From an uncultured Chloroflexia bacterium (GTDB lineage: Bacteria; Chloroflexota; Chloroflexia; QHBQ01; JADMIH01): 64,000 nt of DNA. How positions within the stretch are numbered: the first letter of the stretch is position 1; each line of letters opens with the position of its first letter. Of the stretch, positions 56,861 to 64,000 are shown piece by piece. The DNA is taken from the NCBI GenBank assembly GCA_963797095.1, contig CAWCNY010000005.1, positions 221,231 to 285,230 of the forward strand, given 5' to 3'. The notes under the pieces were generated by a model. That model had not been told where the DNA came from. It made no database searches and saw only the letters and a program-made list of their open reading frames with translations. The position numbers and the translations under genes were made by a program.

Positions 56861-58155
56861 TCCTCACCTCCATTCGAATGCGAAGCCTGGAATACTGGCT
56901 GGCCGATTTCAACCTGGCCCAAATCGCCCTTCTTTGGCACATCCAATCCAGAATTACGCACTCTTTGAGCCAGCACGCTCTGCAACCCATACAGCTTGCT
57001 GAATGCCGCCGCCTCCGCACCCGTCCATGCCTTGTTCGTCTCGCCATACGTCCCGACCTTGCGGTCCAACATCGAATACTGGCTCCGGCACCCCAGTACC
57101 TGCATATGCCCTTTGTAAAGGTTCACCCGCACGTCGCCCGTAACGGTGCTCTGACTGCTGTCGATCATCGCCTCTATATCACGCATCACCGGGTCAAAAT
57201 AGAGACCTTCGTGCAGCATATTCCCGTATACATCGGCAAGGTGGTCCTTCCAGAATTGCTGCTGCTTGGTCAGCACCAGTTTCTCCAACTCTTTATGCGC
57301 CGTGATAGCGATCAATGCAGCCGGGGCCTCGAACGCCACCCGCCCCTTCAGTCCCAGTATCGTGTTGCCCAGGTGCATCCCCCGGCCAACGCCGTGCTTC
57401 GCGCCAACGTCAGCCAGTGCAACCATCAACTCCACAGGCCCCAGGGGTACGCCATCCAGCGCCACCGGCAACCCCTCATCAAACGTCAGCGTAATAACCT
57501 CTGCCTGGTCAGGGGCATCCTGCGCCGCCATCGTATCCACAAACGCTTCATCGGGCGGGAAATCCCACGAGTTGAGCGTTTCCACCCCACCTATCGTGGT
57601 GCCGAGCATCCCCTTGTTGATCGAATACCTGCCCGTCTTCTCCTCAACCGTGAAACCATACGACGTGAGATACTCCACCTCTCCAGCGCGTTGCGCCCCC
57701 AGGTCGCGTATGGGCGTGACAATCTCGGCCTCCGGCATAAGGGCTTTGATCGCCAGGTCGAACCGCACCTGGTCGTTCCCGGCCCCCGTCGAGCCGTGCG
57801 CGATGGCCGCCGCCCCATACTCCCGCGCCACCTCCACCACATGCATAGCCTGCACCAATCGCTCGGGTCCCGCGCACAGCGGATACACCCCCCCTCGCAG
57901 CACGTTCCCCTTGATGATGTAGCCCACAACAAGGTCCCACAGTGCTTCTCTACCGTCAATATTGTGGTGTGCCGCCGCTCCCAACTCACGAGAGCGAGCG
58001 CTTATCTTCTCCAACTCCGCAGGGCTAAACCCTCCCGTGTCAACCGTGACCGTAACCACCCGGTATCCCTGCTCTTTCAACCAGGGAACACAAAAGGAGG
58101 TATCGAGTCCGCCCGAAAAGGCAAGCACCGCGATTGGCGTCTTCAAGTTGTTCAT
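56857..58155 (-). CDS. argG: Argininosuccinate synthase
   Basis: PP-loop AFSGGLDTS. Start MNNLKTPIAVLAFSGGLDTSF with RBS ggagga upstream. Confidence 0.85.
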   Translation of the reverse strand: MNNLKTPIAVLAFSGGLDTSFCVPWLKEQGYRVVTVTVDTGGFSPAELEKISARSRELGAAAHHNIDGREALWDLVVGYIIKGNVLRGGVYPLCAGPERLVQAMHVVEVAREYGAAAIAHGSTGAGNDQVRFDLAIKALMPEAEIVTPIRDLGAQRAGEVEYLTSYGFTVEEKTGRYSINKGMLGTTIGGVETLNSWDFPPDEAFVDTMAAQDAPDQAEVITLTFDEGLPVALDGVPLGPVELMVALADVGAKHGVGRGMHLGNTILGLKGRVAFEAPAALIAITAHKELEKLVLTKQQQFWKDHLADVYGNMLHEGLYFDPVMRDIEAMIDSSQSTVTGDVRVNLYKGHMQVLGCRSQYSMLDRKVGTYGETNKAWTGAEAAAFSKLYGLQSVLAQRVRNSGLDVPKKGDLGQVEIGQPVFQASHSNGGEE

Positions 58156-58195
58156 ATCTCTCCTCCGTGACATCGGACAGCCTGTTTTTGGGCAA

Positions 58196-58227
58196 CAAAA
58201 AACCCTCGTCCCAAGCAAGGGACGAGA
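58196..58227 (-). terminator. Leader terminator of the T-box-like element upstream of argG
   Basis: Minus strand reads ctcgtccc-ttgctt-gggacgag followed by ggtttttt. Confidence 0.6.
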
Positions 58228-58481
58228 GTCAAGTTACTCCCGTGGTGCCACCCTCATTGTCACATTTATGGCCTGTGACCGCTCGTGGTTATTGCTTGCA
58301 TGGTGACCAACCACCCTCTCCTACTTGCGCGTCATTGACACTTTCTTCGGTAGGCCGCTCCGCGGCGCGTTCGCTACAACAGGTCCGTCGGGCTTCCACC
58401 ATCCCCAATTCGCTAAGGTCCCGGCTACAGCTACTATTCCACTTCAACACGGGCATTGCGGCATCAGCCGCTATTCGATTA
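58228..58481 (-). promoter_or_regulatory. T-box-like leader RNA (putative tRNA-sensing riboswitch) upstream of argG
   Basis: Minus strand carries AAUGAGGGUGGCACCACGGGAG, matching the T-box consensus AAUUAGGGUGGNACCGCG (16/18). It sits immediately 5' of the terminator whose 5' strand can pair alternatively. The leader is about 255 nt, transcribed from a TTGACG-17-TAAACT promoter (plus coordinates 58488-58516). Confidence 0.5.
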
Positions 58482-58534
58482 TCCCATAGTTTAGCATACG
58501 GCTAATAACCCGTCAAGTGGCAAACTGAACAAAA

Positions 58535-58607
58535 CAGGGCGATTGCAAAGTCGGTAGTTGGCGTACCAGAGTGGATTTGTCATTCTGAACGAAGTAAAGA
58601 ATGACAA
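58535..58607. repeat. Second, partial copy of the MITE-like element: TIR-like cagggcgattgcaaagtc plus hairpin ttgtcattct-N11-agaatgacaa
   Basis: TIR matches the 12412-12429 TIR at 16/18. The hairpin stem is identical to the 12468-12494 hairpin, with the loop reverse-complemented. Confidence 0.5.
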
Positions 58608-58882
58608 GACGTAAACTCGTAGCATTCCCTGGCATTCCCTATGCTCTCTACATGACCTTGCCTGCCAAGCAAAACGGTGAGTAGGCTATCTCCTCAACAG
58701 CCTCCTAACCATGGACCCACCCCTCCCTTATGATAAAATAGAGCAGACCATATCAATCGCCACTATGCATCGTCTTTCGTCCGTCGTCCAAAAGGGATAC
58801 CACCATCAACCCTGATACCCTGACCCACAGCACAAAGCTGCAAAACACTATAGCCGGGCGCTTCAAGGGCCTCATCCTCGAT

Positions 58883-59638
58883 ATGGACGGCGTTCTCTAT
58901 CGAGGCCAGCAGGCCCTCCCAGGCGCGCAGGACCTCTTCCGCGCTTTACGCGCCAACGCCCTATCCTTTATACTACTTACCAACAACGCCACGCTCACCG
59001 CGCAGGACTTCTCGAAAAAGCTGGCGCGTATGGAGATTGAAGTCGAACCCGACTGCATACTAACTTCGGCGGGAGCCACCGCCATCTACATCGAAAGAAC
59101 CTACCCGGATGGTGGCACAGTCTATGTCCTGGGTGAGCAGGGATTAGTCACCTACATCTCCTGTATGCCCCACTTTCGCCTCGGCGATGACCACCCCGAT
59201 CTTGTGGTCGTTGGCCTCGACTACGATTTCGACTACACGGCCATGCGCAAATCATGCACAGCCATCCGGCAAGGTGCCCATTTCGTCGCCACCAACGCCG
59301 ACGCCACCCTGCCCGTTGAAGGTGGCGAGCTTTGGCCGGGAGCAGGCAGCATCGTATCGTCCATCCAGACCTGCTCCGGTGTAGCGCCCACCGTGATCGG
59401 CAAGCCCAACGTCTACATGGCCGACATGGCCCTCGAAAGACTGGGCCTCCCCGCCGACAGGGTCCTCTGCGTAGGCGACAGGCTTGAGACCGATATCCTC
59501 TGCGGTGCAAGAGCGGGCATACCCACCGCTCTCGTCCTCACCGGCGTCTCCAGCCGCACCGACATAGAGCATGCCGAAGCTGCCCCCGATTACATTTTCG
59601 AAGACCTGCCCGACCTGATGCGGGCAATGGAGATATGA
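58883..59638 (+). CDS. HAD superfamily subfamily IIA hydrolase (NagD-like sugar phosphatase)
   Basis: Motif I LILDMDGVLY, but the first ATG is the Met inside D-M-D-G. HAD-IIA motifs LTNN, VGD...D. Confidence 0.7.
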   Translation: MDGVLYRGQQALPGAQDLFRALRANALSFILLTNNATLTAQDFSKKLARMEIEVEPDCILTSAGATAIYIERTYPDGGTVYVLGEQGLVTYISCMPHFRLGDDHPDLVVVGLDYDFDYTAMRKSCTAIRQGAHFVATNADATLPVEGGELWPGAGSIVSSIQTCSGVAPTVIGKPNVYMADMALERLGLPADRVLCVGDRLETDILCGARAGIPTALVLTGVSSRTDIEHAEAAPDYIFEDLPDLMRAMEI

Positions 59639-59664
59639 TCATAGCCCGAAGGAGAAGTGCAAAC

Positions 59665-60048
59665 ATGAAACAGCGCGTACTCACAGATCATGCCCCGGCC
59701 AGCATCGGCCCCTATTCACAGGCCATAATCGTCAATGGCATGGTCTACACAGCCGGCCAGGTCGGGATCGATCCCGTCACTGGCAGACTTGTTGAGGGTG
59801 GGATCGAAGAAGAAACCCGCCGCGTACTCGACAACGTCAAAGCCGTATTGGAGGCCGCAGGCAGCTCCCTCGACAAAGTGGTCAAGACAACCGTCTTCCT
59901 CTCCTACCTGGGCAACTTCGCCACTGTTAACGGCATCTACGGCCAGTATTTCAACACTGACACACCACCCGCCCGCTCCACCGTCCAGGTGGCGGCCCTA
60001 CCCCTCGGCGCGATGATCGAGATCGAAACCATCGCCACCCTCGACTGA
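59665..60048 (+). CDS. ridA: RidA family enamine/imine deaminase
   Basis: GPYSQAIIVNGMVYTAGQVGIDPVTG and C-terminal RidA motifs. RBS aggag upstream of the ATG at 59665. Confidence 0.8.
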   Translation: MKQRVLTDHAPASIGPYSQAIIVNGMVYTAGQVGIDPVTGRLVEGGIEEETRRVLDNVKAVLEAAGSSLDKVVKTTVFLSYLGNFATVNGIYGQYFNTDTPPARSTVQVAALPLGAMIEIETIATLD

Positions 60049-60064
60049 CCCAAAAGAGATAAGC

Positions 60065-60922
60065 ATGGCCGTCAAAGAAGAAGAGATATCCGAACAGGCC
60101 CAAAAGTCTTTCCAATTCGACTACGAAGACGCCCGCACCGTCGAAGGGCGCGGCGCTCTGCGCACCAACTCGCGTGACCTCGCAGCCCTCCGCCTGGGCC
60201 GCGCCCTTCAGGCTATCAAAGGCCATACCGGCCAGCTCCTTGAGATCGGTTGCGGCGCTGGCCGTTATCTGCGCGCCTTCAAACACTACCGCCCCGACCT
60301 CGACCTTCACGGTTGCGACATCTCCCACATAGCCCTCGCCGAAGCCGAAGCCGCCGACCCCAACCGGGAAATCGATTATAAACCGGGCGATGCCCTCAAC
60401 CTCCCCTACGAAGACAACTCTTTCGATATAGTCCTCCTATTCGATGTGTTCGAGCATGTAACCGACGTAGGCAAAGCCGCCGACGAGGTGGCCCGTGTCC
60501 TCAAGCCCGGCGGTGTCTTCCACTGCTTCGTGCCCTGCGAGGGCAACCACCGCACCATCTTCTCCATCCTGCGCAACAACCGCTACATACCCATCCATCG
60601 CTGGAAGCGCGACCACATCGGCCATATACAAATCCTGACCACCAGGGCCATGCAGGGCATCCTCGAAAGGCGCGGACTCAAAGTCACGGGCACCACCTTC
60701 TCATTCCACATCCTCGGCCAGGTCCACGACGTATTCGACTACTGGCAGCGCGAAGTCCTCTCCCGCGATTGGGTGCCAAACTGGCAAAAAACCATAGTCA
60801 GAGCGGTCAGTAAGGCCGTCTTCATCCCAACCTGGCGCTTAGCCTACTACGAAGACACCCTCTTCAAGAACACTCCCGCCGCCATAGGTGTTCACCTCAC
60901 GTGCATCAAGCGAAAGGCATAA
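60065..60922 (+). CDS. Class I SAM-dependent methyltransferase
   Basis: Motif I LLEIGCGAGRYL. Motif II FDIVLLFDVFEHV. LKPGGVF. Confidence 0.7.
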   Translation: MAVKEEEISEQAQKSFQFDYEDARTVEGRGALRTNSRDLAALRLGRALQAIKGHTGQLLEIGCGAGRYLRAFKHYRPDLDLHGCDISHIALAEAEAADPNREIDYKPGDALNLPYEDNSFDIVLLFDVFEHVTDVGKAADEVARVLKPGGVFHCFVPCEGNHRTIFSILRNNRYIPIHRWKRDHIGHIQILTTRAMQGILERRGLKVTGTTFSFHILGQVHDVFDYWQREVLSRDWVPNWQKTIVRAVSKAVFIPTWRLAYYEDTLFKNTPAAIGVHLTCIKRKA

Positions 60923-60966
60923 TCGGCCCTCCGCGCAGCACGACCTCACTCCCCGGTCAATTCCCG

Positions 60967-61827
60967 ATGTCCTTCAAACTCCTCAATCCGAAATCAGCAA
61001 TTGCCCTCCTCGCGGCCCTTGCCATCCTGGTCGCCGGCTGGGTCCTGCCCCTCCCACGTCTTGTCCTCGGCCAGGAGGAAGAGGCCGCCACCCGCATGCC
61101 CCAGACCGTCGCAGGCGTCGCACAAGCCCGTAGCGACTTCGATCAGGCTCAAGCCAGCTACAAGGGATATATCGCGACACACGACGTTGGCGCTGCCCTC
61201 GATACTTTGGAACAGAACATCGAGGCAGCCCAGGCCGACCCCGCAGATCAAACCCTGCGCAATGCCGTCGGCGCTTCATCCCAACCCGTCCGCGCCTATC
61301 TCTCCCAGTTGCAGACCTACGCCACCACAGGCGATGCCTATTTCGATCAGCTAAAGTATTTTGACGACGAGTTAATGGCCTGGACCCGCTCCCTCGGTGC
61401 CGACAGCGAGTCCCTGCGGGCCGACACCTGGCCCATCGTCGAATACCTTAAGCTCTACCCACCCCCCACCGGGCTAGACACCGATTACACATCTATGTCA
61501 GCCTCCGATGTGACCGCAATCTCAGGCCACCTGCGCGCTTTCGGACCAACCACCGACCTTTCAACCTATAAGCAGGTCATAGCTGACACCCGCGCCGCCG
61601 GGCGCTCCATAGAACACATCGAGAGCCTGCACGCCCAGTACGAATCTCACCTTCAAACCTACCTCACCAGGCTCCAGGCCGTGGCCTCAGGAACGGCCAC
61701 CTCATTATCCTCAGGCAGAGCCACTTTCGCGTTCGGTGCGAATATCTTGATCGCTCTCGCCCTCCTCGCCGGGCTGGCTGCCCTCTTCCTGCCCCGAATC
61801 CGCTCGGCCAACGAGGCCACACCTTGA
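60967..61827 (+). CDS. Hypothetical bitopic membrane protein (N-terminal signal-anchor, C-terminal TM)
   Basis: Start taken at MSFKLLNPKSAIALLAALAILVAG. C-terminal ANILIALALLAGLAALFL. No known domain. Confidence 0.4.
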   Translation: MSFKLLNPKSAIALLAALAILVAGWVLPLPRLVLGQEEEAATRMPQTVAGVAQARSDFDQAQASYKGYIATHDVGAALDTLEQNIEAAQADPADQTLRNAVGASSQPVRAYLSQLQTYATTGDAYFDQLKYFDDELMAWTRSLGADSESLRADTWPIVEYLKLYPPPTGLDTDYTSMSASDVTAISGHLRAFGPTTDLSTYKQVIADTRAAGRSIEHIESLHAQYESHLQTYLTRLQAVASGTATSLSSGRATFAFGANILIALALLAGLAALFLPRIRSANEATP

Positions 61828-63356
61828 TCTCCCCCACGCAGGCCCAACCCGAATCCACCCCCCCAACTTCCGACCCAACACAGTCCGCCCTCTTCTACAG
61901 GCTAGCCCAATCCGACGCGGCCGTGCTAACAGCCATGCTCCTCTCGCTCGGCCTTTACTACATCGTGCCGGGCCTTCTCTCGGCCGCCGTCGGAGGCGCG
62001 CTCTTCTTCGCCCTCGCCCTGTACCGCCCCAATCTCAGCCTCATTACCGTGCCGCTTGCCGCCCCCCTCTTTTACAGGCAGCGCCCATTCACTATCTCAC
62101 CCGACCACACCCTCTACTTCTCCCTCGCCGAGTTCATCATCCTCGCCAACGTTGGCGCATGGGTCCTCCGCGACGCCTGGACCTTCCTCCGCTTTCGCTT
62201 CCGGAATAAACGCTCGCAACACTCGAATACAGCACCCGCTCCCCAATTCCGCGACCTCCAAATCTGGGTCCGAAACCCCACCGTCCTGCTCGCCTCTTCC
62301 TTCCTCATAATAGGGGTGCTCTGGCTCTTCGTCCCACCCAACATTATCCGCAACATCGCCCTCCGCGAGTTCAGGGTAACGGTACTTGAGCCTGTGCTCT
62401 TCTTCGCCCTCATACTTCGATGGATGCGCACCCCCTCAGACGTCTGGCGCATGGTAGGAGCATGGCTGATAACCGCTGCCCTCGTCGGACGCGAAGCGGT
62501 CGAGCAATACCTGTTCGGCGAGGCCGCCCTCATGGAAGGCGTGGGCCGCGCCACCTCGGTATTCCCCAGCGCCACCGCCCTCGGCATCTACCTGGGCAAA
62601 GCCCTCCCAGTCGGCATCGTGCTCGCCATCCTCCTCCCACCCGCCTGGCGCTTCCGGAAAATAGCCGCTGCCCTCCTCTCCCTGGTCATCGGCCTCGGTG
62701 TGGTCGTCAGCTTCGCTCGCGGCGCGTGGATCGGCGTCTTCATCGCCCTCGCGGTGATAGCCCTCATAACGCGCAACAAATGGATATTTGCCGGATTGGG
62801 CGCTGTTATTCTCGCGGGCCTTGCCTCCATCCCCTTCATCAATGTAACGCGCATCACCTCCATGTTCGACTTCACCACGGAGGACAACACAGGCGTTGCC
62901 CGCGCCAAAATCTGGACCGCCGCCCTCAAAATCATAGGCGACCACCCGTTCACCGGCATCGGCCAGGACCAGTTCCTCTACCAGGACCCAAAGTACGGCG
63001 TCCCACAGCTACGCTTCTTCACCACCTCCCACCCCCACGACTGGATACTCGATTTCTGGCTCCGCCTCGGACTCCCCGGCCTTCTATGGCTTCTCGCCAC
63101 TCTCGCCTACTTCTTCCGCCAGACCTACCTCCTCTGGACCCGCCTAGCAGGCACAGCCGCAGGCGCGCTGGTCCTCGCCCTCATGGCCTCCATGATCGAC
63201 TTCACCACCCACGGCCTGGTAGACATGGCCTACTTCACAATGGACTCCGCCCTCACCTTCTGGCTAACCGTAGGCCTCGTAACAATCCTCCAAAATCAAC
63301 ACCGCACCCAAACCAACAAAAGAGGGCAGGGAACAATCCCCACCCTCCAAACATAA
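61824..63356 (+). CDS. O-antigen ligase/polymerase (Wzy_C)-like polytopic membrane protein
   Basis: At least 10 TM segments. Wzy_C-like loop with GDHPFTGIGQDQF. ATGA overlap with the upstream gene. Confidence 0.55.
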   Translation: MISPTQAQPESTPPTSDPTQSALFYRLAQSDAAVLTAMLLSLGLYYIVPGLLSAAVGGALFFALALYRPNLSLITVPLAAPLFYRQRPFTISPDHTLYFSLAEFIILANVGAWVLRDAWTFLRFRFRNKRSQHSNTAPAPQFRDLQIWVRNPTVLLASSFLIIGVLWLFVPPNIIRNIALREFRVTVLEPVLFFALILRWMRTPSDVWRMVGAWLITAALVGREAVEQYLFGEAALMEGVGRATSVFPSATALGIYLGKALPVGIVLAILLPPAWRFRKIAAALLSLVIGLGVVVSFARGAWIGVFIALAVIALITRNKWIFAGLGAVILAGLASIPFINVTRITSMFDFTTEDNTGVARAKIWTAALKIIGDHPFTGIGQDQFLYQDPKYGVPQLRFFTTSHPHDWILDFWLRLGLPGLLWLLATLAYFFRQTYLLWTRLAGTAAGALVLALMASMIDFTTHGLVDMAYFTMDSALTFWLTVGLVTILQNQHRTQTNKRGQGTIPTLQT

Positions 63357-63372
63357 ACCAAACCCTTCCGAC

Positions 63373-63404
63373 AACCAGGAACCAGGAACACTCGTCACTC
63401 GTCC
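63373..63404. repeat. Tandem heptamers AACCAGG x2 then ACTCGTC x2 between convergent genes
   Basis: aaccaggaaccagg aac actcgtcactcgtc. Confidence 0.7.
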
Positions 63405-63405
63405 C

Positions 63406-64000
63406 CTAAGCGTTAGCCTCCTCTCGGTGCTTCCGCGCTGTCTCGATCACCTTATCGGCCACATGCGCCGGGACCTGCTCGTAGTGGTCGAAGTCCATCG
63501 AGAAGTTCCCCCGCCCCTGTGTCACCGACCGCAGGTCGCTAACATATCGCTGCACCTCGGCCAGCGGGGCCTGCGCATCCACCACTGTGAAGCCGTTCCC
63601 CTGTGGGTTCATTCCAAGCACGCGACCCCTCCGCCCGTTCAGGTCCGACATAATGTCGCCGGTGTAGCTATCCGGAACCGTAATATGCAGCGTCATGATC
63701 GGCTCCAACAGTACAGGCTTGCCCATCTGCAAACCCTCCTTGAACGCCTGCGACGACGCCAGCTTGAACGCCATCTCCGAGCTATCCACGGGGTGGTAGC
63801 CGCCATCAAACAGTACCGCACGCACGTGCACCACCGGATAGCCTGCCAGCACACCCTCATTTAGCGACTCGCGGATACCCTTCTCAACCGCCGGGATGTA
63901 GTTCTTGGGAACCACCCCGCCAACCACCCGGTCTCCAAACTCGAAGTCACCTTCGCTCATAGGCTCAAGCTCAAGCACCACGTCCGCAAACTGCCCGTGC
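63406..64000 (-). CDS. Elongation factor G family GTPase, C-terminal domains IV-V (5' part beyond the window end)
   Basis: EF-G domain IV/V motifs (GYPVVHVRAVLFDGGYHPVDSSEMAFKLASS; VLLEPIM). The reading frame is open to the window edge. Confidence 0.7.
   Translation of the reverse strand, partial: HGQFADVVLELEPMSEGDFEFGDRVVGGVVPKNYIPAVEKGIRESLNEGVLAGYPVVHVRAVLFDGGYHPVDSSEMAFKLASSQAFKEGLQMGKPVLLEPIMTLHITVPDSYTGDIMSDLNGRRGRVLGMNPQGNGFTVVDAQAPLAEVQRYVSDLRSVTQGRGNFSMDFDHYEQVPAHVADKVIETARKHREEANA

Noticed and set aside
58134-58505. 123-aa plus-strand ORF upstream of argG
   Set aside because: It lies antisense to the T-box-like leader and terminator, with no coding signal.
1-64000. tRNA and rRNA genes
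   Set aside because: No cloverleaf-like conserved tRNA segments (GTTCGAATC-type T-arm) or rRNA-like blocks were seen in any intergenic region. All larger gaps are accounted for by leaders, promoters or repeats.

Overview
High-GC (about 60-65%) bacterial chromosomal segment with roughly 55 protein-coding genes on both strands, mostly housekeeping plus cell-envelope functions. No rRNA, tRNA or CRISPR array was recognised. Lineage guess is Chloroflexota-like or another Terrabacteria lineage, from SAM-I and T-box leaders together with many secreted hydrolases; this is inference and low confidence.

Main content, in window order:
- 1-5.6 kb: a partial response regulator gene, then a TolB-like propeller protein, a CtpA-like S41 peptidase, and a tightly packed four-gene operon (nucleoside-phosphorylase-family protein, SAM methyltransferase, P-loop kinase, rhodanese).
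- 5.9-9.1 kb: a secreted clan GH-A glycoside hydrolase, with a complete IS630-family element (15-bp terminal inverted repeats, TA duplication, transposase in two frames joined at an A7 run) inserted exactly at its stop codon.
- 9.1-11.1 kb: a zinc-ribbon/PH-like/SHOCT protein.
- 12.6-17.8 kb: an operon of a bacterial dynamin-like GTPase, a truncated pyrophosphatase-like protein, a pseudo-M50 site-2-protease-like surface protein and a GNAT acetyltransferase.
- 17.8-24.8 kb: a YyaL-like thioredoxin-domain protein, LysE and AzlCD exporters, a PRC-barrel protein, and a lipoprotein alpha/beta hydrolase.
- 24.9-33.1 kb: TldD/PmbA, DinB_2, GlgP, and a cluster of frameshifted FabF-like ketosynthase, SRPBCC protein, geranylgeranyl-reductase-family flavoprotein and methyltransferase.
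- 33.1-41.3 kb: an HD/CCA-C-terminal protein, an orphan BlaI/CopY repressor, a ComEC gene broken into four frames, a second GH-A hydrolase, and an M1 aminopeptidase.
- 41.5-48.7 kb: DoxX, and a BMP-family ABC importer operon.
- 48.8-53.0 kb: a SAM-I riboswitch-controlled ask-metX-metY operon.
- 53.1-58.5 kb: an arginine operon (argG, DUF1611, non-canonical carbamoyltransferase, argH) preceded by a T-box-like leader.
- 58.9-64.0 kb: HAD-IIA, RidA, a methyltransferase, an O-antigen-ligase-like protein, and the 3' end of an EF-G-family gene.

The most unusual features are: (i) arrays of tandem heptanucleotide repeats (GGTAGTC, GATTTTG, GACGAGT, GGACGAA, AACCAGG) in many intergenic regions, often paired with inverted copies to form hairpins; (ii) a roughly 75-aa tandem repeat module shared by three surface proteins; (iii) the dynamin/pseudo-protease operon; (iv) a MITE-like hairpin element present twice.
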